DNA from: Candidatus Thioglobus sp.
Lineage (GTDB): Bacteria; Pseudomonadota; Gammaproteobacteria; PS1; Pseudothioglobaceae
DNA length: 64,000 nt
Assembly (NCBI GenBank): GCA_028228555.1
Contig: JAOJBP010000005.1
Location: 20,197-84,196, forward strand
Direction: 5' to 3'
The position numbers were made by a program, and so were the translations under genes. This document shows, piece after piece, positions 10,392 through 21,965 of the stretch. Under the pieces are notes generated by a model. It was not told where the DNA came from and did not search any database. It saw nothing but the letters and a program-made list of their open reading frames with translations. How positions within the stretch are numbered: the stretch's first letter is position 1; the number at the start of each line of letters is the position of its first letter.

Positions 10392-12455
10392 ATGAATTTT
10401 AAGCATCAAGCTATCCGCACTTTTATTCAATTTTTTTTGTTATTTTTAGTTGCAAATAATGTTTATGCAGGGGCGATACCAAGCAATAGTGCCTTTACAA
10501 CTGCTATAGCTAGCTGCCTAGCTGAACAGCCTGTGACTGGTGCCTGTACAACATATGGCTCTTCATCTGGATATGGCACAATGTCTAATTGGGATACGAG
10601 TCTAGTTACAGATATGTCTGCAGCTTTTTATGGTAAAGACACTTTCAACGGTGATATTAGTAATTGGGATACGAGTAAGGTCACGGATATGAATTCTATG
10701 CTCTATGGAGCCAGGGAATTCAACCAAGATATAAGTTTATGGGATACGAGTTTGGTCCAGGACATGGAGTGGATGTTTGGTGAAGCCTGGGAATTCAACC
10801 AAGCTATTAGGAGTTGGGATGTATCAGATGTATCTAATTTCTATGGCATGTTCCACAACGCAACTGCTATGATATCTAACTACAGTGCACCATATACTCC
10901 AACTAATGCATGGTTTGACTCTACCGCCCCAACAAACCAAAACACCGTTTTTGCCACAGCAGCTAGTGCGTCAGGCGGTGATACAGTAACTATTGTCTCA
11001 TCAGGCGATTCAACTAACGATGTCTGGTTTGCACCAGCTGGCACAACCACATTTACTGCTGGCGCTACAATGACTAAAGCAACTAATGGTGTGGCAACCT
11101 CAATACTTGCACCAGCAACAGATGGTACTTACTACCTATACGTATTAGACTCTATAGGCAACATATCAACTGCGTCAACTGCTGCTTTAACGGTATCTTC
11201 TGCATTACCATCACCCCTTAACAAAACCGACGTCACCGACAGCATCAAAGCAATGAGTGGTATCGCTATTGACACCGTACAAATGAACTTCACTGCTGTT
11301 GATAGTAGAATCGCTTGGTTAAGCTCTAACATCAGTAGCAATAAACTCTCTCATCAAGGCGTTAGACTTAGTTTTGCCAATCCTACTATTGATAAACTAA
11401 TGAACACTGCTTATGTTGAACCTGGCAAGCTTAGTCCTACCAATAAACTATTAGAGTTACTACGTAACAACCTAGCTGATGACACACCAGATACTATGGC
11501 TATGACTGAAGACACTAAAGCCCAACTTAATAGTGCTGCCTTTAATGAAGCGGCTAAGCTTAGAGAAGAGACAATTGGCAAAGTACTTAACGCCACTGGT
11601 GGCTCAGTAATGGGTGACTGGAACGTCTGGACAGAGGGACGTATTACCGTGGGTAAGACTTACTCAACTGACACCACATCAGAGCAAGACTCACAAACCC
11701 AAAACATCTCATTAGGCTTTGATAGAATCATCAAAGATGATAATCAATCTTTAGAGAGTGCTGGACATATTGTTGGTGTGGTTCTAGGTATTGGTAAGAG
11801 TGATGCTGATACCACTAATAACTCCACCGTAGATGCTGACAGTTACTCTATATCAACGTATGGCGTTATTAGACAAGATGATAAAGAACTAGTCCAAGCC
11901 CAAATAGGCTATGGTCATATTAAAGTAGACAAGACTCGTATTGATGGTTCAGACACCCTAACAGGCTCTCACAATGCCAATCAGTTCTTTACCTCGCTAA
12001 TGGTTAAAAGAGAAACAATGAGTGTTGGTAGCTTCTCCCTCTCGCCTTATGGCAAGATACAAGCCTCACGCACTTGGTATGATGGCTATAGTGAATCAGG
12101 TGGTGCAACTGCACTCACCTATGGTGAGCAAACCATTGACTCAACCGTTCTCTCAGCAGGTGTTGATGTTGATTATATGATTCCAATACACAAAGGCAAC
12201 ATAAGACCTTTTGCTAAGTTTGAGTATGGTGCAGATGTGTCAGGCTCATCAACCGTTAATATGCATTACAACAATGAAGTCACTAACTACCAACTACAAC
12301 TAGACAACAAAGCAGACAGTAATTGGAAGTTTGTTTTAGGCGCAGATATGTATACCAGGGAAGAATGGGACTCATCAATCAGCTATGAGAGAACTGAGGC
12401 AGTTAATGCTGGATATTCGGATAGCTTGGCGGTTAAGGTTGGGTTGAAGTTTTAG
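10392..12455 (+). CDS. Autotransporter-like surface protein with BspA/DUF285 repeats
   Basis: Signal peptide; WDTSxVTDM 25-aa repeats; Ser/Thr/Ala-rich Ig-like stalk; C-terminal amphipathic beta-barrel ending in F. Confidence 0.8.
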   Translation: MNFKHQAIRTFIQFFLLFLVANNVYAGAIPSNSAFTTAIASCLAEQPVTGACTTYGSSSGYGTMSNWDTSLVTDMSAAFYGKDTFNGDISNWDTSKVTDMNSMLYGAREFNQDISLWDTSLVQDMEWMFGEAWEFNQAIRSWDVSDVSNFYGMFHNATAMISNYSAPYTPTNAWFDSTAPTNQNTVFATAASASGGDTVTIVSSGDSTNDVWFAPAGTTTFTAGATMTKATNGVATSILAPATDGTYYLYVLDSIGNISTASTAALTVSSALPSPLNKTDVTDSIKAMSGIAIDTVQMNFTAVDSRIAWLSSNISSNKLSHQGVRLSFANPTIDKLMNTAYVEPGKLSPTNKLLELLRNNLADDTPDTMAMTEDTKAQLNSAAFNEAAKLREETIGKVLNATGGSVMGDWNVWTEGRITVGKTYSTDTTSEQDSQTQNISLGFDRIIKDDNQSLESAGHIVGVVLGIGKSDADTTNNSTVDADSYSISTYGVIRQDDKELVQAQIGYGHIKVDKTRIDGSDTLTGSHNANQFFTSLMVKRETMSVGSFSLSPYGKIQASRTWYDGYSESGGATALTYGEQTIDSTVLSAGVDVDYMIPIHKGNIRPFAKFEYGADVSGSSTVNMHYNNEVTNYQLQLDNKADSNWKFVLGADMYTREEWDSSISYERTEAVNAGYSDSLAVKVGLKF
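10587..10860 (+). repeat. Four 75-bp coding repeats (DUF285 units)
   Basis: GGGAT(ACGAGT) cores at 10591, 10666, 10741 and 10816, exactly 75 nt apart. Confidence 0.85.
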
Positions 12456-12526
12456 GTCTTACAACAACTGCCAAATAAGCGCCACATCAAGGTAAAATAC
12501 AGCCTTTTATTTTTAACAAAATTAAC

Positions 12527-14431
12527 ATGCCGGTAATCACTCTACCTGATGGGTCTGAAAAATCTTTTGATCAAGCGCTAAGCGTTTTTGAAGTTGCAAA
12601 ATCTATCGGTTCTGGTTTGGCCAAAGCAACCCTTGCAGGTAAAGTAAATGGTGAGATGGTTGACGCCTCTTATTTAATCGAATCTGATGCCAGTGTATCA
12701 ATTATTACCGCTAAAGACGATGAAGGGCTTGAAGTAATTCGCCATTCTACTGCACATCTTTTAGCGCAAGCTACCCAAATGCTTTATCCTGAAGCTCAAG
12801 TAACCATTGGCCCGGTGATTGATAATGGCTTTTTCTACGACTTCGCTTATAAAGATGGATTTTCAGAAGGTGATTTAGCCAAGATTGAAAAAAACATGAA
12901 AAAGCTGGTCAAGCAAAGCCTTAAGATTGAGCGCTCTGAGATGAGTCGTGATGAGGCTATTGAGTTCTTTAAGGCGAAAGGCGAGCATTATAAAGCAGAG
13001 ATTATTGAATCAATCCCAGCTGACCAAACATTGTCTTTGTATAAGCAGGGCGATTTTATTGATTTATGTCGTGGTCCGCACGTACCCTCTACTTCAAGAC
13101 TTAAAGCTTTTAAACTGATGAAGCTTGCAGGTGCCTATTGGCGTGGTGATAGCAAAAATGAAATGCTACAGCGTGTTTATGGCACAGCTTGGGCAACTAA
13201 AGAAGATCTTGAGGCACACTTACACAGAATAGAAGAAGCTGAAAAGCGTGATCATCGTAAAATTGGAAAAACTCAAGATTTATTTCACATGCAAGAAGAA
13301 GCGCCTGGCATGGTGTTTTGGCATGAGAAAGGCTGGACTTTGTATCAAATCGTTGAGCAATACATGCGCTCAGTATTTAAAGATAATGACTATAAAGAGG
13401 TGCATACGCCACAGCTAATTGACAGAACACTTTGGGAAAAATCAGGCCATTGGGATAAGTTTGGCGATGCGATGTTTACCACGAGTAGTGAAAATCGTGA
13501 TTACGCAGTAAAGCCGATGAATTGTCCGGCGCATATTCAGATTTTTAACCAAGGCCTTAAGTCTTACCGTGATTTACCATTGCGTTTGGCAGAGTTTGGC
13601 TCTTGTCATCGTAATGAGCCATCAGGTACGTTGCACGGTATTATGCGTGTGCGTAATTTTGTACAAGACGATGGGCATATTTTTTGTGCTCCTGAGCAAA
13701 TTCAATCAGAAGTATCTAATTTTATTGATTTAACCTTTGATGTTTACAAGCACTTCGGCTTTGAAAATGTTGATATTAAGCTTTCAACCCGTCCTGAAAA
13801 TCGTGTGGGTTCTGACGAAGTTTGGGATAAGGCCGAAGCAGCACTTGCACAGGCGCTAGATGCTAAAGGTATTAAGTGGGACTTACAAGAGGGTGAGGGT
13901 GCATTCTACGGCCCTAAGATTGAATTTGTACTTAAGGATTGTTTAGATAGAGAATGGCAGTGTGGCACATTGCAAGTAGATTTCTCCATGCCAGAGCGCT
14001 TAGATGCACACTTTATTGCTCAAGATAATTCAAAGCAAACACCGGTTATGTTGCATCGTGCTATTGTTGGATCGATCGAACGATTTGTTGGAATTTTGAT
14101 CGAACATTATGAAGGTGCATTCCCTTCTTGGTTGGCACCAATTCAAGCAGTAATTATAAATATTTCTGAAAAACAGCTGGATTTTGTTAAAGAAGCTAAC
14201 AAAAAGTTAAAAAAACAAGGACTTAGAGTGATTTCAGACTTGCGTAATGAGAAGATAGGCTTTAAAATACGCGAGCATTCCATGCAACGTTATCCGTATA
14301 TTTTAGTAGTCGGCCAACGTGAAATGGAAAATAACGAAATTTCAGTACGTAAACGCGGTGGTGAGGACTTAGGTTCTATGTCAATTGAAGCGTTTGTAGA
14401 AATGACACAAAAAGAAGAAATAGAGGAATAA
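12527..14431 (+). CDS. thrS: Threonyl-tRNA synthetase
   Basis: TGS domain, [23 protein letters not shown] and YGPKI motifs. Confidence 0.98.
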   Translation: MPVITLPDGSEKSFDQALSVFEVAKSIGSGLAKATLAGKVNGEMVDASYLIESDASVSIITAKDDEGLEVIRHSTAHLLAQATQMLYPEAQVTIGPVIDNGFFYDFAYKDGFSEGDLAKIEKNMKKLVKQSLKIERSEMSRDEAIEFFKAKGEHYKAEIIESIPADQTLSLYKQGDFIDLCRGPHVPSTSRLKAFKLMKLAGAYWRGDSKNEMLQRVYGTAWATKEDLEAHLHRIEEAEKRDHRKIGKTQDLFHMQEEAPGMVFWHEKGWTLYQIVEQYMRSVFKDNDYKEVHTPQLIDRTLWEKSGHWDKFGDAMFTTSSENRDYAVKPMNCPAHIQIFNQGLKSYRDLPLRLAEFGSCHRNEPSGTLHGIMRVRNFVQDDGHIFCAPEQIQSEVSNFIDLTFDVYKHFGFENVDIKLSTRPENRVGSDEVWDKAEAALAQALDAKGIKWDLQEGEGAFYGPKIEFVLKDCLDREWQCGTLQVDFSMPERLDAHFIAQDNSKQTPVMLHRAIVGSIERFVGILIEHYEGAFPSWLAPIQAVIINISEKQLDFVKEANKKLKKQGLRVISDLRNEKIGFKIREHSMQRYPYILVVGQREMENNEISVRKRGGEDLGSMSIEAFVEMTQKEEIEE

Positions 14432-14433
14432 TT

Positions 14434-14964
14434 ATTAAAAAACCAAATAAGATAAAAATCCGAGTTAATGACTATATTAAAGCTTCAGAAGTTCGATTAA
14501 TTGATGCAGAAGGTGGACAAGTTGGTATTGTTGATACCAGCGAAGCAAAACAAAGGGCAAAAGAAGTTAACTTAGATTTGGTAGAGGTATCTCCAAATGC
14601 CGTACCACCTGTTTGTAAGATCATGGATTTTGGTAAATATATTTATGAATTAAAGCAACAGCAGAAAGAAGCTAAAAAGAAACAAAAGAAAACCCAAGTT
14701 AAAACCATTAAATATCGTCCAGGCACAGAAGAAGGCGATTACCAAATTAAATTTAGGAATTTGGTCAAATTTTTAGACAATGGTGACAAGGTTAAAGTAA
14801 GTATTTGGTTCCGTGGTCGCGAGATGCAACACAGAGAGCTAGGCATGGAAATGCTCGACAGAATTGAGAAAGATACAGAAGAATTTGCTAATGTAGAACA
14901 AAAAGCAAAGATGGAGGGTCGTCAGCTAGGCATGATGCTGGCACCCAAATCGAAAAAGAGGTAA
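14434..14964 (+). CDS. infC: Translation initiation factor IF-3 with ATT start codon
   Basis: Frame is open upstream of the track's 14578 start back to ATT-AAA at 14434, preceded by GAGGA; reads [23 protein letters not shown]... Confidence 0.93.
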   Translation: MKKPNKIKIRVNDYIKASEVRLIDAEGGQVGIVDTSEAKQRAKEVNLDLVEVSPNAVPPVCKIMDFGKYIYELKQQQKEAKKKQKKTQVKTIKYRPGTEEGDYQIKFRNLVKFLDNGDKVKVSIWFRGREMQHRELGMEMLDRIEKDTEEFANVEQKAKMEGRQLGMMLAPKSKKR

Positions 14965-15085
14965 TGAAACATTAAATTAGACTTTGTTGTTCAGTCTTGT
15001 CTAATTTACACTTCATTGCTTCTTTGAAATATAACAAACTATTCATAAGAATAGTTAAATATGTCCAAAGGACAAGGAGAAAATT

Positions 15086-15283
15086 ATGCCGAAGTTAAAA
15101 ACCAATAGAGGTGCTGCAAAGCGCTTCAAAAAAACCGCGAGTGGCGGTTATAAGTGTAAACACTCTCACTTACGTCATATCTTGACTAAAAAGAGTACTT
15201 CTAGAAAACGTAGCTTACGTTCACCGGATACTGTAGAAAAAGCAGATGTACCGATGGTTCGTAGAATGTTACCGTATAGTTAA
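15086..15283 (+). CDS. rpmI: 50S ribosomal protein L35
   Basis: [15 protein letters not shown]...HILTKK. Confidence 0.98.
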   Translation: MPKLKTNRGAAKRFKKTASGGYKCKHSHLRHILTKKSTSRKRSLRSPDTVEKADVPMVRRMLPYS

Positions 15284-15296
15284 GGGAGTATAGAAA

Positions 15297-15674
15297 ATGG
15301 CAAGAGTATCAAGAGGTGTGCAAGCGCACGCAAGACACAAGAAAATTTTAAAGAAAGCTAAAGGCTATTACGGCGCTAGATCAAAAGTCTACCGTGTTGC
15401 TAAGCAAGCAGTTATTAAGGCTGGTCAATATGCCTACCGTGACCGTCGTCAAAAGCGTCGTCAGTTCCGTAGACTTTGGATTGTCCGTATTAACGCAGAA
15501 GCGCGTAACTGTGGTTTAAGCTACTCAAGATTGATTGATGGCTTAAATAAAGCAGAGATCGTCATTGATCGTAAAGTTTTATCAGATATTGCAATTTTTG
15601 ATAAACCTGCTTTCGCCAAGATTGCAGATCAAGCAAAAGAGGCAATAGCGAAAGCGGCTAAAGCAGCCAAATAG
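15297..15674 (+). CDS. rplT: 50S ribosomal protein L20
   Basis: MARVSRG...AKGYYG...RLWIVRINA. Confidence 0.98.
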   Translation: MARVSRGVQAHARHKKILKKAKGYYGARSKVYRVAKQAVIKAGQYAYRDRRQKRRQFRRLWIVRINAEARNCGLSYSRLIDGLNKAEIVIDRKVLSDIAIFDKPAFAKIADQAKEAIAKAAKAAK

Positions 15675-15682
15675 CTAAAACT

Positions 15683-15709
15683 AAAGCCATGATTTATCAT
15701 GGCTTTTTT
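15683..15709 (+). terminator. Intrinsic terminator after rplT
   Basis: AAAGCCATGAT-TT-ATCATGGCTTTTTT. Confidence 0.85.
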
Positions 15710-15751
15710 CATACCAAACTACAATAAACATCTTTAAAAATTCATGATAAC

Positions 15752-15780
15752 TTGTAAAAAGCGATTATATAAATTATCAT
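15752..15780 (+). promoter_or_regulatory. Probable pheS promoter inside a long inverted repeat
   Basis: TTGTAA (15752-57), 17 nt spacer, TATCAT (15775-80). Confidence 0.5.
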
Positions 15781-15790
15781 GCATTCTTAA

Positions 15791-16822
<1,032 letters not shown>

Positions 16823-16826
16823 ACAT

Positions 16827-19190
16827 ATGAATATTTCAACATCATGGTTACGTGAATGGATCTCACCTGTTGTTACGGATGAGATATTGGCCGAACAATT
16901 AACAATGGCTGGCCTAGAAGTCGACGGTATTGAAACTGTTGCACCGGCTTTTAGTAAAGTTGTTGTTGGGCATGTTGTATCTTGTGAAAAGCATCCAGAT
17001 GCAGACAAGCTAAACCTTTGCCAAGTTGATGTTGGTGAAGCTGAGACTGTTCAAATTATTTGTGGTGCTAAAAATGTACGTACAGGTCTTAAAGTCATGG
17101 CTGCTTTGGTCGGTGCTAAGCTACCAGGCGATTTTAAAATTAAAAAAGCTAAGCTTCGTGGCGTTGAATCATTTGGCATGATTTGTTCTGAATCAGAGCT
17201 GGGCATTAGTGATTCCTCTGAAGGTATTGCTGAGCTAGATTCACAAGCAATAATTGGCCAAAATGTTAGAGAATATTTAGATCTTGATGATCATATTATT
17301 GAGCTTGATATCACTCCTAATCGTGGTGATTGCTTTTCAGTATTAGGTGTGGCTCGTGAAGTGAGTGCTAATTACAATATGGCATTTGTTATGCCAGATA
17401 TTGAAATAAGCGCTTTGGGCAAATCTAGTGTTGCGACCAGTGTCAGTAATACTAGCGCTTGCCCTAAATACCTTACAAGATCAATCAAAGGTATTGACAA
17501 CTCTGTGCAAACACCACAATGGATGGCTGATAAACTAAAACGCTCAGGTCAGGCTACACATTCGCCAGTCGTTGACGTGACTAACTATGTTTTGATGGAG
17601 TTAGGTCAACCTATGCATGCGTTTGATTTAGACAAGATTCAGGGCGATATTCAAGTTAGAAATGCTAAGTCAGGTGAAACAGTGGACTTGTTAAATGATT
17701 CAACCGTTGAGCTAACAGACAATACATTGGTAATTACTGATGCAAAATCTATCCTTGCTATTGCAGGCGTTATGGGTGGCGAGGCTAGCTCCACTCAAAC
17801 GTCAACAACAGACATCTTACTAGAAAGTGCATTTTTTGAGCCAGTCTCAATTGCCGGAAAAGCAAGAAATTATGGACTACATACAGAGTCATCGCTTCGT
17901 TTTGAGCGTGGTGTAGATTTTAATATTACTGAGCTAGCACTTGATCGTGCTGCTCAATTGGTCTTAGAAATTTGTGGCGGTGAAGCAAGTGAAATAACAA
18001 AAAGTGTTGATGAATCAACCTTGCCAAAGCTAGAGCCTATCACTATTACACAAGAAAAAATTCAGAAAATATTAGGTTTTGAATTAGACAGTAGCTGGAT
18101 TGAGGAAAAATTCATCAATTTAGATTTTGAGATTAGCGACAAAACTAGTAATTCATGGACAATTATTCCACCAAGTTTTAGATTTGATATTCGTATTCCT
18201 GCTGATCTTATTGAAGAATTAGCAAGATTATATGGCTATGACAAACTCCCTGTTCAAAAATTATCATTAGATGCTAATATCAATGTGATTAAAGAAGCGC
18301 AGGTTGATAAGTATGACATTATGCAATCTTTGATTAGTCGTGGCTATCAAGAAGTTATTACTTATAGTTTTATATCTGAAAAGTATCAAGATTTAATCGA
18401 TCCGCTGGCTCAAAAAATTACACTAACAAATCCAATTTCAGCAGATATGTCCACCATGCGTTCTTCGCTTTGGGCAGGCTTATTGCAAACGGTAGAGTCT
18501 AATCAAAGACGCGGTCATACAGATGCACGATTCTTTGAAATTGGCTTGTGTTTTGGCGGTGTAAAAGCTGACGAGCAATCAAACAAGTTGGCTGGTATTG
18601 TTTCGGGCAATCGATTTGATTCCCAGTGGTCAAGTGAGCTTCAGCCACTTGATTTCTTTGATGCAAAAGCTGATCTTGAATCATTGTTAAGCTTTACTTC
18701 TGCAACGTTTGATTTTGAAGCTGCAGAGCATCCTGCATTACAAAAAGGACAAAGTGCTAAAATCAGCCTAAATGGTGAGCAAGTAGGTTGGATTGGCGCA
18801 TTATCTCCAGCGGTTCAAAAAGAATTATCACTGTCTAAGTGTTATTTATATGAGGTTGATTTAAACGCAATCTTAACTGGAAAAATTGCCAAATATGAGG
18901 CTTTCTCGTCTTATCAGCAAGCACAAAGAGATATTGCACTTGTGGTTGATCAAGCTACGCCAGTTGCCGCCTTAACTAAAAGTATTAATGAGTTAAAACA
19001 AGCCCATTTTGTGGGTGTTAGCTTGTTTGATGTATATGCCGGTGAGCATATTGAGACTGGAAAAAAGAGCATTGCATTAAGTTTAACTTATCAATCATTA
19101 GAAGCAACTTTGGCTGACGATGAAGTGAATGCAAAAGTAGATGAAGTATTAGTTCTAATGAAAGATAAATTTTCAGCCACACTAAGATAA
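16827..19190 (+). CDS. pheT: Phenylalanyl-tRNA synthetase beta subunit
   Basis: HPDADKL, TPNRGDC, RFERGVD motifs and FDX-ACB tail. Confidence 0.98.
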   Translation: MNISTSWLREWISPVVTDEILAEQLTMAGLEVDGIETVAPAFSKVVVGHVVSCEKHPDADKLNLCQVDVGEAETVQIICGAKNVRTGLKVMAALVGAKLPGDFKIKKAKLRGVESFGMICSESELGISDSSEGIAELDSQAIIGQNVREYLDLDDHIIELDITPNRGDCFSVLGVAREVSANYNMAFVMPDIEISALGKSSVATSVSNTSACPKYLTRSIKGIDNSVQTPQWMADKLKRSGQATHSPVVDVTNYVLMELGQPMHAFDLDKIQGDIQVRNAKSGETVDLLNDSTVELTDNTLVITDAKSILAIAGVMGGEASSTQTSTTDILLESAFFEPVSIAGKARNYGLHTESSLRFERGVDFNITELALDRAAQLVLEICGGEASEITKSVDESTLPKLEPITITQEKIQKILGFELDSSWIEEKFINLDFEISDKTSNSWTIIPPSFRFDIRIPADLIEELARLYGYDKLPVQKLSLDANINVIKEAQVDKYDIMQSLISRGYQEVITYSFISEKYQDLIDPLAQKITLTNPISADMSTMRSSLWAGLLQTVESNQRRGHTDARFFEIGLCFGGVKADEQSNKLAGIVSGNRFDSQWSSELQPLDFFDAKADLESLLSFTSATFDFEAAEHPALQKGQSAKISLNGEQVGWIGALSPAVQKELSLSKCYLYEVDLNAILTGKIAKYEAFSSYQQAQRDIALVVDQATPVAALTKSINELKQAHFVGVSLFDVYAGEHIETGKKSIALSLTYQSLEATLADDEVNAKVDEVLVLMKDKFSATLR

Positions 19191-19474
19191 TGTCGCTAAG
19201 TAAAAAAAATATCGCTGATGAACTTGTACGTGAGTTGGAAATGACTCATGCACAAGCTTTGCAATTAACCAATGATTTCTTTGACCAGATTCAGGCAACT
19301 CTAGCCACGGGCGAAGAAGTTAAGCTATCTAGTTTTGGTAATTTTGTTATTAGAGAAAAAGCCGCACGCCCTGGAAGAAATCCAAAAACAGGTGAATCTG
19401 TAGAAATATCAGCTCGAAAAGTTGTTAGCTTTAAGGCCGGGCCAAAACTTAAAAAATTGACCCAAATAGGCTAG
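19190..19474 (+). CDS. ihfA: Integration host factor alpha
   Basis: VKLSSFGNF, RPGRNPKTGE, VVSFKAG; canonical position after pheT. Confidence 0.95.
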   Translation: MSLSKKNIADELVRELEMTHAQALQLTNDFFDQIQATLATGEEVKLSSFGNFVIREKAARPGRNPKTGESVEISARKVVSFKAGPKLKKLTQIG

Positions 19475-19577
19475 CTTTATAATTAGTTAATCGCTAATAG
19501 TATTCACACCCCACAAGGAGGTACAAGTGATAGGGTTGGATGCTAACAGGTATTGTTAAGAACAATAGGGTTGTCTT

Positions 19578-20048
19578 TTAGTCACTTACAGCATTCATAA
19601 AACCCTTTAATACCGGCATAACCTTGTCAACGATTTGCTGATTCTTTTCAGCATTATGAACATGGCCATCAATAATTTTATGAGTTTCCACTAACGATGT
19701 TTGATAATCATCGTCAATTTCAAAATTAATAAAGTAGAAGCCTTTAGCTTTATCTCTAACCGATCTTACTGATAAGAAGTCAGTTTCCCAAGCAAGTTCA
19801 GCGGTATAGACGGCATTAGATTCTGTTGTATCTTTTTGCAATAAGATAATAGTACTGCCAAAATGAAAAATAAAATGATTAGCGCCACAGCTTGAAGAAG
19901 GTGTGCTTTTCAGCTCACCACTCTCTAGTGCATCAGCAATCTGCTTTAATTGGGCATTGTTAAGTTGGATGTATTTAGCATCTAGATAGGCGTCAACATT
20001 CGTATCTGGATGATTGTTTTTAATATATTCAACTAATTTATTTAACAT
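19578..20048 (-). CDS. Hypothetical soluble protein (156 aa)
   Basis: Long ORF filling the gap, normal codon usage; no family recognised. Confidence 0.75.
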   Translation of the reverse strand: MLNKLVEYIKNNHPDTNVDAYLDAKYIQLNNAQLKQIADALESGELKSTPSSSCGANHFIFHFGSTIILLQKDTTESNAVYTAELAWETDFLSVRSVRDKAKGFYFINFEIDDDYQTSLVETHKIIDGHVHNAEKNQQIVDKVMPVLKGFMNAVSD

Positions 20049-20141
20049 ATGAATTCTTTTGTAAATTAAAAAGAGAGATTATACCTGATTACGATTTTAT
20101 CGCTAGAGCGCTCTTTAGTGCTTGTCCGTCTGGACTGTAGT

Positions 20142-21218
20142 TTATCGCTTGTCTAGCGAGTCTGCGTATTTAATAGCATAAACATCAAAAATACTGATAG
20201 CCATAGCAGCAATAATTGGACCAATAAACAAACCTAAGACACCAAATTGAATGATGCCAGCCAATGTTGATAATACGGTAATTAAAGTATTGTCTAGCGC
20301 ACTAGATTGGTGACTGGTCTTGGTAAATTTTTGGATAATTAAAGGTCTGACAAAGTTATCAATAATAATGCCAATAAAAATAGCGCCAAATAAAACAATG
20401 ATGAGTGCATCACTAGTTTGACCTTGTGCATAAAGATATATACTGAGTGGTAGCCAGATAATCAAACCACCAAGCACCGGAATAAAGCTCGATAGTGCCA
20501 TTGCGATACCAAAATACAAAGCAGGCAAGCCTACTATCGTTACAGCGATAGAGAATATTACCCCTTGTAAAATAGCAATACTAAATACACTTCCAACCAA
20601 CGTAACAGAGAGACTTGAAAATTGATTTAGTAGGATGTCGTCTAAGCGATTTTCTAAAGGTGAAAGATCTTTAATGCGCTGAATGATGCTCTTACCATCA
20701 ATATAGAAGTAGTAAAGTGCAAAAACACTAATCACCAAGAAAAATACAAAATGAGAAGATAAAGACAGAATACTACTCAAAATCACCACTGAGAAGTCTT
20801 TAACACTTAACAGTAAGCCTTCTAGATTATTGTTAATAGTGGCAATTAGTGTTGTTTTTATGGATTCAGAAAAAGGCAGGCCTAAAATGGTTTGTTCGAG
20901 AATTTGATGGCTTTTTTCAATACTAAAATCCGTATTAATAGTTTGAATAAGGGTAGATACTTCCAGACCACTTACAAGCAAAATATAGCTTAATGGTAAG
21001 ATCAAAATTGTCGTCACTAATAGTGTCATCGACAGCGCTGCATAAGAAGCCGATAATCTATTTTTGAGTTTACTGTATTGATCAAAAGTTGCGATAGCGA
21101 TTAACAATGCTAAAAATAAAGCGGGAATAAAGGGTGTAAATAACCAGATTAATCCAGCGATAGCGATGAGCAATAAACTCAGCATATATCCATGTTCGTA
21201 CGGGGCTTTTTGGGTCAT
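20142..21218 (-). CDS. AI-2E (PerM/YdiK) family transporter
   Basis: Hydrophobic 358 aa; FIPVLG, DNFVRP and FGVLGLFIGP motifs. Confidence 0.9.
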   Translation of the reverse strand: MTQKAPYEHGYMLSLLLIAIAGLIWLFTPFIPALFLALLIAIATFDQYSKLKNRLSASYAALSMTLLVTTILILPLSYILLVSGLEVSTLIQTINTDFSIEKSHQILEQTILGLPFSESIKTTLIATINNNLEGLLLSVKDFSVVILSSILSLSSHFVFFLVISVFALYYFYIDGKSIIQRIKDLSPLENRLDDILLNQFSSLSVTLVGSVFSIAILQGVIFSIAVTIVGLPALYFGIAMALSSFIPVLGGLIIWLPLSIYLYAQGQTSDALIIVLFGAIFIGIIIDNFVRPLIIQKFTKTSHQSSALDNTLITVLSTLAGIIQFGVLGLFIGPIIAAMAISIFDVYAIKYADSLDKR

Positions 21219-21219
21219 T

Positions 21220-21924
21220 TTAAAAAGTTCCTTTTAAATAAGCTTTTCTATCGATCTCAGGCATGCGTTCAATCGCATATCTTAAAGTAGTTCTGGGTAG
21301 TTGTACATAGTTTTCTCTTAAGAAGGCTGTGCAAATGTTTAAGTCTTTTTTATAAACTTCTCTTAACATCCAGCCAACCGCTTTATGTATTAAATCTTCT
21401 TTGTCTTTTAGTAGTATTTTGCTGATAGACAAAGTAAGTTTAAATTGATTTTGTCTAATAAAAGCAAACGTAGCGACAATAGCAATCCGTCTTTTCCATA
21501 AATCATCTGAGTTAGCCCATTTAAAAAGAAGTGCAGTTTTTGTTGAGTGATTAAGCAAGTAATCGCCAATAATAGCAGGCACAGTAGTGTCAACCAAATC
21601 CCAATTATTAACAGAGCTAATATTTTCTAAATAATAGTTAAAAACGATTTCTTGATTATTTGTTTGATACAGATTCATTAATATAATCAGTGCGCAAAAA
21701 CGTACTTCATGAATAGGGTGAATGATCAATTGATCAATTTCACTAAATTCAATTCGCTTGAAATGTTGTTTTGCAATAAGGCGAATTTGCGGAACTCGAA
21801 CACCTATAAATTGGTCATGCTCTGAATACTGCCCAGGACCTGTTTTAAAAAATCTTTCATTGATTTTCTTACGTTCCAGGTTCGCGAAAGATTGAAGTTG
21901 TACTATTACTTCTTTGGCACTCAT
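21220..21924 (-). CDS. DNA alkylation repair enzyme (AlkD-like HEAT-repeat protein)
   Basis: FFKTGPGQY, FIGVRVP, NNWDLVD, LIHKAVGWMLRE and PRTTLRYAIE motifs. Confidence 0.9.
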   Translation of the reverse strand: MSAKEVIVQLQSFANLERKKINERFFKTGPGQYSEHDQFIGVRVPQIRLIAKQHFKRIEFSEIDQLIIHPIHEVRFCALIILMNLYQTNNQEIVFNYYLENISSVNNWDLVDTTVPAIIGDYLLNHSTKTALLFKWANSDDLWKRRIAIVATFAFIRQNQFKLTLSISKILLKDKEDLIHKAVGWMLREVYKKDLNICTAFLRENYVQLPRTTLRYAIERMPEIDRKAYLKGTF

Positions 21925-21965
21925 CGACTATACTATCATTTTTTGAATTAATAATTTAATCATAC

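Noticed and set aside
10176-12484. AATAAGCGCC direct repeat on both sides of the autotransporter gene as a target-site duplication
   Set aside because: Only 10 bp, a similar string occurs near 60985, and no recombinase is nearby; compatible with chance.
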